Shown in pieces: positions 45,717-55,998 of a stretch of 61,026 nucleotides of DNA. The notes below the pieces were generated by a model. It worked only from the letters and a program-made list of their open reading frames with translations, had not been told where the DNA came from and ran no database searches. The stretch's first letter is position 1. Each line of letters opens with the position of its first letter. This DNA is from a virus. Lineage: Duplodnaviria > Caudoviricetes. The stretch spans positions 1-61,026 of the IMG/VR virus record IMGVR_UViG_3300048592_001388. One strand, given 5' to 3'. The position numbers and the translations under genes were made by a program.

Positions 45717-48023
45717 GTGGAACAGACCGTCATCTTCAGGGACCGGCAGGAACTGCAATCGGCCGATCTCAACAATGCCCAGGACTTCGCGCGGGCGTCC
45801 CTCGACCATGTGGTGAAGGACGCGATCGACGGCGGCAAGGCCTATACCGGCTTTTCCGCGTCGAAGACCGCGGCCACCGAGATCACCCTGTCGCCGGGGC
45901 GCTATTATGCCGGTGGCCAGGTCTTCGCCCGCAACGAGAACGTGGTCATCGACCTGTTCAACTCGCTGCCGCTGGTGACGAAGAAGCGGGTCGCCATCGT
46001 CGCCTTCGGCCAGTCCGTCGATACAGACGTCCAGCCCCGCGACTTCCTGATCGACGCCCAGCTCGGCAGCACCGAGCCCCAGGCGGTCGCCATGGAGAAC
46101 ATGCGTCGCGCCGAGCTCTCGGCGGTGGCGGGCGTGGAGGGCCCCGATCCCTCCTATCCCCCGACGGACGCCGCCACCGTGGTGATCTGTTACGCCGTCC
46201 TCGACACGGCGGGGATCGTCTCGATCGAGCAGTGGGCTCCCAGCCAGCTTCCCAACCTCAGGCTGGTGGCCAACCGGGTCTCGGCCCTCGAGGTGTGGCG
46301 CGGCCAGATCAGCGGCCAGGTCGATACGCTCCGCACTGACCTCTCGGCGCTGGCTGACCGTCTGGGGGCCTATGCGCTCAAGAGCGAGACGGTGGACCTG
46401 ACCGAGCAGCTCGAGGAGCTCCGCCGCAAGGTCTACGAGCCCGGCGCCTACATCTATTACGGCACCAACCATTTCCTGACGGACGAAGGCTCCAACTTCG
46501 ACCACCCTGCCTTCGATGCGATCGTGGGGGAGGGGGTGCGCTTTCCCGAGGCGGGCTCGGCCACTTCGGCCTTGGCGCTCCTCAACCCGAACAATGCCTT
46601 CGTGTCGGTCAACAACGGTTTCGTTCTCCCGAAGTACAGCCACGGCCTGCGCATGAACCTCGCCGGTTATTCGGGCGAGCTGCGCATGGCGCAGTACACC
46701 TTCGAGACCACCGCCATCCGCCAGCTGTTCCGCTCCCGTGAGCGCCGCCGCTACGGCGCAACGAAGCAGGTCTGCACCAATTCCGCCTGGTGGCGTCAGG
46801 GGATCTACGACCAGGCCGCCAGCACCTTCACCCGCAACGGCGAGACCTGGGAGGTGGTGAACGGCATCCCCGACCGCATGCCCAACGGCCAGTTCATCCC
46901 CAACGGCAACGTCCACTGGGTGCGCCTCACCCAGTTCTGGATCGACATCTTTCTCGAGCCCTACTGGGACCGGGTGACCGCTACCACCACCTTGAACGGC
47001 CAGCAGGTGGCTCAGACCTTCCTCAACTCGCAGGACGGCTGGCTCACCCAGGTGGGAGTGTATTTTAGCCGGAAGGCGGCGGCGGGCGATGTCCATGTGC
47101 TGGTCTGCGAGACGGCCTTCGGCATGCCGGACCTCTCCCGGGTGATTTCCCGGACCGTGCTGCCGGTGGCCGACATCCAGGTCGGGGCCGTCGCCGCCAA
47201 CGCCGCCCTTCCGGCCCTTCTGGAAACCACCGTCCCCATCATCCCGGCCTATCTGGTCTCCGGACGCCGCTATGCCATCGTGCTGGTGACCACGGGCGAC
47301 CATTACGTCGCCATGACCAATACCGACAACGGGATTGTCCAGGGCACCTTCTTCGTCTCGACCGACGGGGCCTTCTTCGCCGGCAATCTGGTCGACGATC
47401 TCAAGATGCGGCTCTACTTTGCCAAATTCGAGCGCTCCCGCCTCTCGGTCGAGCTGAGCCCCCTGCAGCTGGCGGGTGGCATACTCGATCTCGACATCCT
47501 GAACGAGGGCATCACGCCCCCGGCCTGCCGCACCGATTTCGAGGTGCAGGTGAACGGCGCCTGGATTCCGCTCGACGGGGCGCCCAATGGCCCGAACCTC
47601 TCGGGGCTCCCGGCCATCCTGCCGCTGAGGGTGACGCTCACCGGCACCACCGACCTGATGCCGGGCTTCGGGCTGAGCAACTCGCAGGCCATTGTCAGCC
47701 GGTCCAAGACGGCCTTCACCTGGATGGGCGAGACCCGGACACTGGGCTCTCCCACCACCAGCATCAAGATCATCACCGATCTTCAGGCATTCGATGAGAC
47801 GAAACATGATTGCACCGTGACCTTGCTGTCCGGCGCGGACCTGTCCGGCAGCGAAACCGCAGATGTGGTCGAGGACGTGCTTCTCGCCAACGGCGCGATC
47901 CGGCGCACTTCGGTGTTCAACCTGACGGCGGTCAGCACCTATGCGGTGCGGATCGTCGGCTCCACCACCAGTGCGGCCGAGCAGTTCCTTGTCGCGGAAC
48001 TGATCGAGTTCGCCCAGTCGTAA
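45717..48023 (+). CDS. Large baseplate/tail-associated protein
   Basis: 768 aa beta-rich ORF in the fibre position after GpI; RBS AAGGA; family not recognised. Confidence 0.65.
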   Translation: MEQTVIFRDRQELQSADLNNAQDFARASLDHVVKDAIDGGKAYTGFSASKTAATEITLSPGRYYAGGQVFARNENVVIDLFNSLPLVTKKRVAIVAFGQSVDTDVQPRDFLIDAQLGSTEPQAVAMENMRRAELSAVAGVEGPDPSYPPTDAATVVICYAVLDTAGIVSIEQWAPSQLPNLRLVANRVSALEVWRGQISGQVDTLRTDLSALADRLGAYALKSETVDLTEQLEELRRKVYEPGAYIYYGTNHFLTDEGSNFDHPAFDAIVGEGVRFPEAGSATSALALLNPNNAFVSVNNGFVLPKYSHGLRMNLAGYSGELRMAQYTFETTAIRQLFRSRERRRYGATKQVCTNSAWWRQGIYDQAASTFTRNGETWEVVNGIPDRMPNGQFIPNGNVHWVRLTQFWIDIFLEPYWDRVTATTTLNGQQVAQTFLNSQDGWLTQVGVYFSRKAAAGDVHVLVCETAFGMPDLSRVISRTVLPVADIQVGAVAANAALPALLETTVPIIPAYLVSGRRYAIVLVTTGDHYVAMTNTDNGIVQGTFFVSTDGAFFAGNLVDDLKMRLYFAKFERSRLSVELSPLQLAGGILDLDILNEGITPPACRTDFEVQVNGAWIPLDGAPNGPNLSGLPAILPLRVTLTGTTDLMPGFGLSNSQAIVSRSKTAFTWMGETRTLGSPTTSIKIITDLQAFDETKHDCTVTLLSGADLSGSETADVVEDVLLANGAIRRTSVFNLTAVSTYAVRIVGSTTSAAEQFLVAELIEFAQS

Positions 48024-48043
48024 GAGCTACAGGCAGGAGAGAC

Positions 48044-48217
48044 ATGATGGCCAGCAAGCCCACTCATTACAGGATCACCGTCAACAGGCCATTGGAGGTG
48101 GCGAACGCCCGCTTCCGCCCGGGTGCGCGCTACACCGTCAAGGCCGCCGTCCACGATACGCTTCGCGAACAGGCGGCGGATGCCATCGCCACCGCCGAGC
48201 CGATGCTGATGGAGTGA
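48044..48217 (+). CDS. Small hypothetical protein
   Basis: 57 aa with RBS AGGAG; fills an operon gap. Confidence 0.55.
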   Translation: MMASKPTHYRITVNRPLEVANARFRPGARYTVKAAVHDTLREQAADAIATAEPMLME

Positions 48218-48224
48218 CAGCGCC

Positions 48225-49013
48225 ATGTTGAGGTTCGAGGATCTCCGGGTCCGCGACAGCCAATCGCTCGACCGGGACTTCTTCAACCGGCGCTTCCGGC
48301 TGATCGCCGAGGCGCTGGGACAGCTGGGAACCGAGGTGACCTCGGTCACCACCGACACCGACCGGCTCGTCACCCTCGGGCTGACCCGGGTCAACGAGGT
48401 CCTGGGGCCGCTGCTCGCCAGGCTGCAGGCCGCCGCGGAAAACGGCTTCCTCGTCGCCGCCTCCGACACGCCGCTCACTGTCACATCCGGCCTGCAAACG
48501 ACGCTGGTGATTGCCAGCGAAGCCGAACGCGACCTGTTCACGCCGACGCCCTATGTGCTGCTGACCCGCCGGGCGGAGGACACGGAGCATGATTACGCCG
48601 TGCTGCGGGTCGAAGGGTATGACCGCACCAGTGGCGGCCTCGCCTTCGAGGTGGTGCTGGTCAATGGTGCCATCGGCGATGCCGTGCATGACGACTGGGT
48701 GATTTCGGCGACGGCGGGCATCAGCGTCGCGGTGCTGGAAGCCGCCACATCTGTGCAGGCGACCCTGGCGCTGGCCCAGCAGGCGGCGCAGGACGCTGCT
48801 GAGGCAGCTGCGACGGCGGAATCGGTTCTGGCCTCGGGCCCTGTCTCGTCGGTCAATGGCCGAACGGGCGCCGTGGTGCTCGGCATGTCCGACATTGCCG
48901 GCCTGGTGAGCGCGCTCGCCGCCAAGGCCGACAGCAGCCACGGCCACACCATCGCGCAGGTATCCAACCTGCAGGCGACGCTCAATGCCATCAGCGATGG
49001 CGGAGCCTACTGA
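48225..49013 (+). CDS. Tail fibre-like / adaptor protein
   Basis: Ala-rich coil, VSSVNGRTGAV, HGHTIAQV fibre repeat, ends DGGAY. Confidence 0.65.
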   Translation: MLRFEDLRVRDSQSLDRDFFNRRFRLIAEALGQLGTEVTSVTTDTDRLVTLGLTRVNEVLGPLLARLQAAAENGFLVAASDTPLTVTSGLQTTLVIASEAERDLFTPTPYVLLTRRAEDTEHDYAVLRVEGYDRTSGGLAFEVVLVNGAIGDAVHDDWVISATAGISVAVLEAATSVQATLALAQQAAQDAAEAAATAESVLASGPVSSVNGRTGAVVLGMSDIAGLVSALAAKADSSHGHTIAQVSNLQATLNAISDGGAY

Positions 49014-49041
49014 GCACCCGGAAACAAGGCGAGGAACGAAC

Positions 49042-49269
49042 ATGACGCAGTCGCTCATCGAGCAGCTGTCGCAGAAGGTAGCGATCGGCGGCGTGAAGGA
49101 CATCGAGGTGACCGGCATCGTGGAGGATGGCGCGGGCGGCTGGATCCGCTCGGTTCGCTTCCATGGCACGCCCGCATCCGGCACGAACAAGGCGCTCGTC
49201 CTCGAGGTGTTGCTCCAGTCCACCGAGAAGGCCGACCTCGCCATCACCACGCCCGAGATCGATTTCTGA
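49042..49269 (+). CDS. Small hypothetical protein
   Basis: 75 aa with RBS GAGGA; beta-rich. Confidence 0.55.
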   Translation: MTQSLIEQLSQKVAIGGVKDIEVTGIVEDGAGGWIRSVRFHGTPASGTNKALVLEVLLQSTEKADLAITTPEIDF

Positions 49270-49312
49270 TCGGGTTCCACTCCGCCTTCTGAACCCGTCC
49301 AGACCTCTCAAC

Positions 49313-49346
49313 ACCCGTCCCGCGGTAATTCCGTGCGGCGGGTTTT
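49313..49346 (+). terminator. Intrinsic terminator-like hairpin before the sheath gene
   Basis: ACCCGTCCCGCGG/CCGTGCGGCGGGT stem (one mismatch, GU pairs) ending in a T run. Confidence 0.55.
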
Positions 49347-49364
49347 CTGCAATGGAGACCTTCC

Positions 49365-50612
49365 ATGTCTGATCCGACTTTTGGCATTTCGATCACGCGG
49401 ATCGACAATGAACCGCGTCCCGCCGTCTACAGCGACATGTCGGTGGTGGGCCTCATCGGTACCGCGCCCGAGGCCGATCCGGCGTTATTTCCGTTGGATA
49501 CGCCAGTGTTTCTCTATTCCGACGATGTCGCAAAGCGTACGGCACTCGGCACACCAGGCACCATTCACGATGCCCTCACCCTGATCAATGCTCAGCTGGG
49601 CGAGTTCCAGGTCGCGGCCAAGGTTGTCGTGGTGCGGGTGGAGGAGGGCCTTACCGCCGACGCGACCATTGCCAACATTGTGGGGGATGGAATTTCCACC
49701 GGCCTGGAAGCCTTCGTTCAGGCGGGGCCGCTACTCGGTGTCATCCCGCGGCTCATCTGCGCGCCCGGCTTCACCAGCCAGCGGACGGGAACCGATGCCA
49801 ATGCCGTCTGCGCCGCTCTGCCTGCGCTCTGCAACAAGCTTCTCGCCCATGCCGTGGTGGACGGCCCTGCTACCACCGAACAGGCCGCCATCGATTGGCG
49901 CGAGACGATTTCCTCGAGCCGGCTCATTCCTGTGGATCCGGCCGTCCGCGTCATGGCGGGAACCGAGGTTGCAGTGATGCCGCTTTCGCCGGCCGTCATC
50001 GGCATCGGCGTCAGGCGCGACCACGAGAAGCAGGGCCGTCCCTTCCATTCCTGGGCCAACCAGCCGGTCGCGGGCATTGTCGGCCCGTCGCGGCCGATCA
50101 ACTTCTCGCTGACCGATGGCGCCACCGAGGGTCAGCGCCTTCTCTCGCACAATGTCGGGGTCCTTCTCCGTGGCGAGCTGGGCGTCGAGACGGCCATCGC
50201 CTCCGGCGGATTCGTCTATGTGGGCACTGACAACGCCGGCGAGGATGATCTCTGGCGCTTCTACAACGTCACGCGCGGGAGGGATTACATCCACCTGATG
50301 TTCCTGCGCACACTCAGGTTTTATCTCGGACGCTTCAATCTCACCGGCCAGACCATCCAGGCGGTGCTCAACACAATGGGCTTCGCCATGCGCGACCTCA
50401 AGGCCGATAGCGACATCCTCGGCTACGAGGTCAAGTTCACGCGGGACCAGAATTCGCCGGAAGAACTGCGGCAGGGCCGCTTCACGGTCAGTTTTGCGGC
50501 CGAAGAGGCGCCGGTGCTCCGCTATCTCGGCATCCAGTCCGCGCGCTACCGGCCGGCCCTCGATGCGCTGCTCGACGACCTGCTTGCCCAGGTCGATGCC
50601 GTTACCGGCTGA
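49365..50612 (+). CDS. Contractile tail sheath protein
   Basis: VVGLIGTAP, PRLICAPGF, W.FYNVTR, NSPEELRQG. Confidence 0.9.
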   Translation: MSDPTFGISITRIDNEPRPAVYSDMSVVGLIGTAPEADPALFPLDTPVFLYSDDVAKRTALGTPGTIHDALTLINAQLGEFQVAAKVVVVRVEEGLTADATIANIVGDGISTGLEAFVQAGPLLGVIPRLICAPGFTSQRTGTDANAVCAALPALCNKLLAHAVVDGPATTEQAAIDWRETISSSRLIPVDPAVRVMAGTEVAVMPLSPAVIGIGVRRDHEKQGRPFHSWANQPVAGIVGPSRPINFSLTDGATEGQRLLSHNVGVLLRGELGVETAIASGGFVYVGTDNAGEDDLWRFYNVTRGRDYIHLMFLRTLRFYLGRFNLTGQTIQAVLNTMGFAMRDLKADSDILGYEVKFTRDQNSPEELRQGRFTVSFAAEEAPVLRYLGIQSARYRPALDALLDDLLAQVDAVTG

Positions 50613-50638
50613 TCGCCACACAACAAGGAGGAATTTCC

Positions 50639-51169
50639 ATGAGCACAATCCACGTCATGGAGGCGGCAAATCTGTTCGCCGGCGATCACGACCCCACCGC
50701 CTCGAAGCATCTCACACTGGCCGAACTCAAGCTGCCCACCCTGCAGGAAATGTACCAGGACCATCATGCCGGCGGCTCCCGCGTCCAGATCGAGGTGGCG
50801 GTCGGCATCCAGAAGCTCGAGCCCACCTTCAAGCTCAATGGCTGGGATCCTGAGCTCCTCACGCAGTTTGGCCTCGGCTCGTCCCGCCAGAAGGTCTTCA
50901 CAGCCTATGGCGTGATCCGCGACAAGCGGACCGGCATTGCGATCGAATCCAAGGCCATCATCGAGGGTCGCCTCGGCAAGATCGAGTCCGACGCCTTCCA
51001 GCGAGGCGAACTTCAAGGGCACGAATACGCCATCAACGAGGTCATGCACTACGAGCTCTGGTTCAATGAGAAGGAAAAGCTGTTCTGGGACTTCTTCTCC
51101 TCCGAGTGGCGCCTCGACGGCGTCTCGCAGAACGATGACGAACGCCGCATCCTGCGTGTCCAGCGCTGA
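50639..51169 (+). CDS. Major tail tube protein (P2 FII-like)
   Basis: 176 aa after the sheath gene; LP.L, AGG, G+.KLE, Y.L..N pattern. Confidence 0.85.
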   Translation: MSTIHVMEAANLFAGDHDPTASKHLTLAELKLPTLQEMYQDHHAGGSRVQIEVAVGIQKLEPTFKLNGWDPELLTQFGLGSSRQKVFTAYGVIRDKRTGIAIESKAIIEGRLGKIESDAFQRGELQGHEYAINEVMHYELWFNEKEKLFWDFFSSEWRLDGVSQNDDERRILRVQR

Positions 51170-51195
51170 ATGCCTGACTTTCCGGAGATGACAGC

Positions 51196-51465
51196 ATGAC
51201 CGATACTGCCCGCGTGAAGCTTGTTCGCCCCTTCAGGGTGGAGGAGCGCATGATCACCGAAGTCACCATTCGCCGGCCCAAGGTAAGAGACCTCCGGGCA
51301 TTGGAGAAAGTCAGGGAACCCGGCGCTACGGAACTCGATCAGAGCATCGCCATGACAGCCACGCTCTGTGATCTGCCGACCGAGGCCATGGACGAGATGG
51401 ACGCCGCCGACTTCGCGGCGGTCTCGGAGGTGCTCGGGAGTTTTTTGCCCAAACCCCCGGCGTGA
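51196..51465 (+). CDS. Tail assembly chaperone (P2 GpE-like)
   Basis: L.RP, IRRPKVRDL, MDAADF; slippery TTTTTTG at 51441-51447. Confidence 0.88.
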   Translation: MTDTARVKLVRPFRVEERMITEVTIRRPKVRDLRALEKVREPGATELDQSIAMTATLCDLPTEAMDEMDAADFAAVSEVLGSFLPKPPA

Positions 51466-51602
51466 GCGGCTGGCGCGGGGTCGTTGCGGACACCGCGCAT
51501 GTGCTTTCGACCCCGGTGACGGCTTTCGACGACATGGACTGGGTCGAGGTGCTGCTCTGGCACGCAGAGGCACGGCGCCTGACCGGTGGCAGGAGGGAAT
51601 GA
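51444..51602 (+). CDS. GpE'-like extension reached by -1 frameshift
   Basis: The -1 frame reads FAQTPGVSGWRGVVADTAHVLSTPVTAFDDMDWVEVLLWHAEARRLTGGRRE*; absent from the ORF track. Confidence 0.8.
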   Translation, partial: FAQTPGVSGWRGVVADTAHVLSTPVTAFDDMDWVEVLLWHAEARRLTGGRRE

Positions 51603-51605
51603 CTG

Positions 51606-53927
51606 ATGGCGAATCAGACCACCCAGCTCATCGTTGAACTGCTCGACCGGGTGTCGGGCCCGGCGCGCGGCGTCGCCAACAGCCTGCGCGGCATCACACG
51701 TTCGGTCCGGGATGCCACAGGCGGCCCCATCACCATGGCCGACAGGCTGGACGCCGCCATCGCCCGCAACAACCGCGCCATCGATGCTGCGCGCGGGCGC
51801 ATGCTCGATGCTGTGGGCACCCTCTACGTGCTCAAGACAGCGCTCACCGCGCCGGTGCAGTCGGCGCAGGAGCTCGAACGGGCGCTCGCCGAATTGGGTG
51901 CCAAGGGCAATCTCTCGGTCCGGCAATTGAAGGAGATCGGCGACGCGGCGAAGGCCACGTCGGGTCAGATCAACCAGTTCACCACCGACATCGTCCGGGC
52001 GCAGGACTTCCTTGTCGGCATGGGCCTCGACGTCGAACGCTCCACCCGGGCCATGCCGTCGATCGGCAAGGCTGCGACGGCGACCGGCGCCAGCCTCGAG
52101 GACCTGTCGAAGGCGGGCTTTGCCGCCATGTCGAACCTCGGCGTGGGAGCGGAGGACCTTGCCCGCTCCTTCGATATCATGGCGGCGGCCGGCAAGGCGG
52201 GCGGCTTCGAGCTGAAGGACATGGCGCAGTATCTGCCCTCGATCACCGCGTTGGCCAGTTCCAAGGGCATGACCGGGCAGCAGGGCCTTGGCCAGATTGC
52301 GGCAGCCCTGCAGATCGTCAGGCGCGGAGCCGGCGACAGTGCCGAGGCCGCGACCAACTTCAACAACATCCTGCAGAAGATCAATTCCAACGATGCCATC
52401 AAGAACTTCAAAAAGAAGGGCATCGACATCCAGAAGGTCCTGAAGGACGCGGCGGCAAAGGGGGCGGACCCACTCGAAGCAGCACTTCGCGCGATAAACA
52501 AGGCGCTCAGTGGCGACATGTCCCGCATCGGGGAACTGTTCTCCGACGCCCAGGTGCAGAAGGGCCTGCTGCCACTCCTGACCGGACTCGACGATTACAT
52601 CCGGCTCCGCGACGACGCGTCGAAAGCGACGGGCGTGGTCGATGCGGATTTCCTGCGCATGATGGGGACCGGCGTCGAGAAGATGAAGGCGTTCCGGATT
52701 GCCATCCAGAACCTGCAGACCAGCATCGGCAGTGCGCTGATCCCGATCCTCGGGAGCGCCGCCGGGGCGCTGAAGCCCCTTGTCGAAGGCCTGATCTCCA
52801 TTGTCGACGCGCATCCCCGGATCGCTGGCGCTCTTGTGGCCATCACTGCCGGCTTCGTCGGCCTCAAGGCGGCGATGGCCGGGCTCTCCTATCTGGGCCT
52901 GATGGGCAAGGGCGGGATGCTCGCCACCCTCTCATTCGCGGTGAACACGCTCGGCGGGTCCTTCACGCGCCTCAAGGAAGGTGCGAGCGGAATGATCGCC
53001 CTCCAGACGGCGCTGGCCGGCATGGAGGGGCTGAAGATGACCGGCCTCCAGACCGCGGCGGCCGGTCTTCGCGGCATGGCGCTCGCCGTTCCGGGTGTTT
53101 CGGGCCTCGCCTCCGCCATGACGGCCGTCGGCGTGGCTCTGGCGACCGTCTCGGCTCCGGTCTGGGGGACCATCGCGGTGGCGGTCGCTGCTGTTGCCGC
53201 GGCGGCCCACACCCTCTGGAAATACTGGGACCGCATCTCGTCCTTCGCCGGCGGTTTTGCGAGTGTGCTGCTCACACAGCTTCATCCGGCCTTCGCGGAA
53301 CTCGAGCCGGTGATGCGACCGCTGGCCGGGCTGGGGCGGGCAATCGGGGACGGCTTCTCGTGGGCTTACCTAAAGCTGCAGGAGTTAGGGACCTGGATCG
53401 GCTCCTTCTTCTCCCGCGAGGTCCTGAACGAGGGCCAGAAGCAAGCGTACGCCCAGGCGGGTTCCGATCTGGCGAACGCCATGATCGAAGCCATCAAGAG
53501 CGCCTTCAATGGTCTCCTCGCATGGTTCTCGACGCTGCCATCCCGGATTGTCGCCGCCATCGGCAGCATCGATGTGTCGGGCCTCATCAAGTGGCCGTCC
53601 ATGCCGTCGTGGCTGGGGGGCGGCAGTACCGAACCCGCGCCAGCGATGAGCGTTCCGGGAAAGGCCACCGGCGGTCCGATCTCCCGCGGCTCCACCTACA
53701 TGGTAGGCGAGCGTGGGCCGGAACTCATCACCGCCGGGAGGTCGGGATACGTCAACAAGGCCGGATCGGCTGCCGGCGGCGGCATGACCGTCAATCAGAC
53801 GATCAGCTTCAGCATCGCCGGCAGAGCCGACGAGGATGTCGTCGAGAAGATCCGCCGTGTAATGCGCGACGAAGTCCGCGAGATCTTCCGCGGTGTCTAT
53901 GCCGATGCCGGTTTGAGGTTCGCCTGA
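51606..53927 (+). CDS. Tail tape measure protein
   Basis: 773 aa Ala/Gly-rich; AGKAGGFELKDMAQY, YWDRI, ATGGP..VGERGPEL. Confidence 0.92.
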   Translation: MANQTTQLIVELLDRVSGPARGVANSLRGITRSVRDATGGPITMADRLDAAIARNNRAIDAARGRMLDAVGTLYVLKTALTAPVQSAQELERALAELGAKGNLSVRQLKEIGDAAKATSGQINQFTTDIVRAQDFLVGMGLDVERSTRAMPSIGKAATATGASLEDLSKAGFAAMSNLGVGAEDLARSFDIMAAAGKAGGFELKDMAQYLPSITALASSKGMTGQQGLGQIAAALQIVRRGAGDSAEAATNFNNILQKINSNDAIKNFKKKGIDIQKVLKDAAAKGADPLEAALRAINKALSGDMSRIGELFSDAQVQKGLLPLLTGLDDYIRLRDDASKATGVVDADFLRMMGTGVEKMKAFRIAIQNLQTSIGSALIPILGSAAGALKPLVEGLISIVDAHPRIAGALVAITAGFVGLKAAMAGLSYLGLMGKGGMLATLSFAVNTLGGSFTRLKEGASGMIALQTALAGMEGLKMTGLQTAAAGLRGMALAVPGVSGLASAMTAVGVALATVSAPVWGTIAVAVAAVAAAAHTLWKYWDRISSFAGGFASVLLTQLHPAFAELEPVMRPLAGLGRAIGDGFSWAYLKLQELGTWIGSFFSREVLNEGQKQAYAQAGSDLANAMIEAIKSAFNGLLAWFSTLPSRIVAAIGSIDVSGLIKWPSMPSWLGGGSTEPAPAMSVPGKATGGPISRGSTYMVGERGPELITAGRSGYVNKAGSAAGGGMTVNQTISFSIAGRADEDVVEKIRRVMRDEVREIFRGVYADAGLRFA

Positions 53928-54349
53928 TGCTGATGACGCTGGGCCCCATCCGCTTCGAGGTCTATCCGTTCAACGCAACGGAATACGACCATGGCCACGA
54001 ATCAAGCTTCGTGGAAAAGCCTGTGCTCGGCGCCCGGCCGCCGCTGGAATGGGTGGGCGAGGGGGCCGAGAGCTGGTCGATCCGCGCCATCATATTTCCG
54101 CACAGGTTCGGCGGTCTTGGCGATCTCAAGAAGCTCTACCAGGCGCGGGCTGGGGGCAGGCCGCTCTACCTCATGCGCGGCGACGGGGCGCAGATGGGCT
54201 GGGTGGTGATCGAGAGGGTGTCCGAGCGGTCCAGCTATCTGGACGCCGAAGGCATCGGCCGGGTGATCGATGTCGACATCGCGGTGCGCCGCGCGGCGAA
54301 GCCGTCGAACGGCTCCTTCTTCTCTGTGTTCTCGGGGATGTTCTCATGA
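53927..54349 (+). CDS. Tail protein, P2 GpU-like
   Basis: MLMTLG..F, P.LEWVG, L..GDG..GWVVI. Confidence 0.85.
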   Translation: MLMTLGPIRFEVYPFNATEYDHGHESSFVEKPVLGARPPLEWVGEGAESWSIRAIIFPHRFGGLGDLKKLYQARAGGRPLYLMRGDGAQMGWVVIERVSERSSYLDAEGIGRVIDVDIAVRRAAKPSNGSFFSVFSGMFS

Positions 54350-54567
54350 TCGTCGAGCCTGTCACGGTCGAGGGTGAGTTCATCACCGTGTCGCTCATCG
54401 TCTGGCGGCGGTTCAAACGTCCCATGCCCGGGCTGGTCGAACAGATCCACGACATCAATCCGGGGCTCAGCGAGCTTGGCGCCTTCCTGCCTATCGGCAC
54501 GAGTTTCGACATGCCGGTGCCCACGCCCCGTGCGCCGGCGATCCTCGAAACGATCAGACTGTGGTGA
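54346..54567 (+). CDS. Tail protein X (P2 GpX-like)
   Basis: VE.I...NPGL...LPIGT, ends IRLW. Confidence 0.85.
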   Translation: MIVEPVTVEGEFITVSLIVWRRFKRPMPGLVEQIHDINPGLSELGAFLPIGTSFDMPVPTPRAPAILETIRLW

Positions 54568-54573
54568 CCCTTC

Positions 54574-55581
54574 ATGTCGAAGCGCGCGGCGTTCATGGTG
54601 ACTGTGGCCGGGACCAACATCACGACCACGCTGCTGCCGGTGCTGATCTCGCTCTCGGTCTCGGACAAGGTCGGCACCCACTCCGATACGGCGAGCCTCG
54701 AGATCGACGACACCGATGGCCGCATCGTGCTGCCGCAGATCGGTGCCCCGGTCGTGGTGGCGCTGGGTTGGGAGGGCGAGGGGGTGCGGGTCGTGTTCAC
54801 CGGTACGGTGGACGAAGTGAGGTCATCGGGCTCCCGCGGCAGCGGTCGCACACTGTCGATCTCGGCGAAGGGCATGGACACCACGAAGAAGCCGAAGGAA
54901 GGTCAACAGCGCCATTTCGACGACAGCACGGTCGAGGACATCCTGAAGCAGGCGGGGGAGAAGGCTGGCGTGACCGAGATCGAGGTCGATCCGTCGCTGG
55001 CCTCGATCAGCCGCAAGTATTTCGAGATGCGGGACGAGAGCTTCATTCACATGGGCGAGCGCCTCGCCCGCGAGATTGGCGGCAACTTCCGCATCCAGGG
55101 CACACGCGCCGTCATGTCGAAGCGCGGCGGGAGCTACACCGCGGCGGTCATCGCTGCCTGGGGACGTAACCTCCACGGCTGGGACATCTCCCCGGCGCTG
55201 GGACGGACGCAATATTCGCAGGTCCGGGCCCGCTGGTACGATTCCAGGAAAGCCGAATGGCAGGAGATGGAGGAGAGCACATCTCTCGCTGTCGATGCCC
55301 GGCACGATCATCGCTACGCGAAGCCTGATGAAGTCGAAGCGACGCAGCAGACCGCCTCCGACAGGGCGACATCGGAGCGCGATGCGGGCGAGGGCAGCAT
55401 CACCATCGAAGGCAATACCGCCGCCATTCCCGACGGGCTCTGCATCGTCACAGGGGCCAGGCCCGGCGTTGACGGCCCCTACCGCATCGAAAGTGTCACC
55501 CACAGCTATTCGCGGGGCGGGGGTTTCGTCACGCAGCTCAGCCTGAAGCAGCCCGGGCCGGGCGCCTCGCCGGATACGTAA
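54574..55581 (+). CDS. Late control D / baseplate hub protein
   Basis: SL..SD..G..SD, LGW, DEV, ES....RLA, V.H...GGF.T. Confidence 0.88.
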   Translation: MSKRAAFMVTVAGTNITTTLLPVLISLSVSDKVGTHSDTASLEIDDTDGRIVLPQIGAPVVVALGWEGEGVRVVFTGTVDEVRSSGSRGSGRTLSISAKGMDTTKKPKEGQQRHFDDSTVEDILKQAGEKAGVTEIEVDPSLASISRKYFEMRDESFIHMGERLAREIGGNFRIQGTRAVMSKRGGSYTAAVIAAWGRNLHGWDISPALGRTQYSQVRARWYDSRKAEWQEMEESTSLAVDARHDHRYAKPDEVEATQQTASDRATSERDAGEGSITIEGNTAAIPDGLCIVTGARPGVDGPYRIESVTHSYSRGGGFVTQLSLKQPGPGASPDT

Positions 55582-55595
55582 AAGGAGGGTCCCGC

Positions 55596-55910
55596 ATGGT
55601 GCAGGACTGGACCGGGGACATTCCCACGGTGGTTTATTTCGTGGTGGGGCTTGGCGGCCTCGCAGGTGCACTTCTCGCCATGGTGAAGCTGAAGGAGGCG
55701 CTCGTTCCCGACGCCAACAGCCAAGTGACGAAGGACATCGCCGCCATCAAGGCCGACATCCACGACATCCGCGCCCGCGTCGGCATGCTGGAACTCGACG
55801 TCGCCCGCATCGACCAGCCATCGATCGCCAAGCGCTTCGACGCCCTCGAGGGCAAGATCGACAAGTTGTACGACTTCCTGCTCGAGCGCCTGACCAAGCT
55901 GCCGTCCTGA
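55596..55910 (+). CDS. Holin-like membrane protein
   Basis: N-terminal TM plus coiled coil, directly before the endolysin; RBS AAGGAGG. Confidence 0.5.
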   Translation: MVQDWTGDIPTVVYFVVGLGGLAGALLAMVKLKEALVPDANSQVTKDIAAIKADIHDIRARVGMLELDVARIDQPSIAKRFDALEGKIDKLYDFLLERLTKLPS

Positions 55911-55998
55911 GCGGCCACGAGCCTTTCTCTCATCGAGTTTTCAGACCCAACCCATCCGGCGGCCAGAGCGCATCGCCGGAACAAGGAGGCTTTTGCCC

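Noticed and set aside
32300-55581. Gene transfer agent or tailocin
   Set aside because: Integrase, replication, full head, contractile tail and lysis genes together indicate a true prophage.
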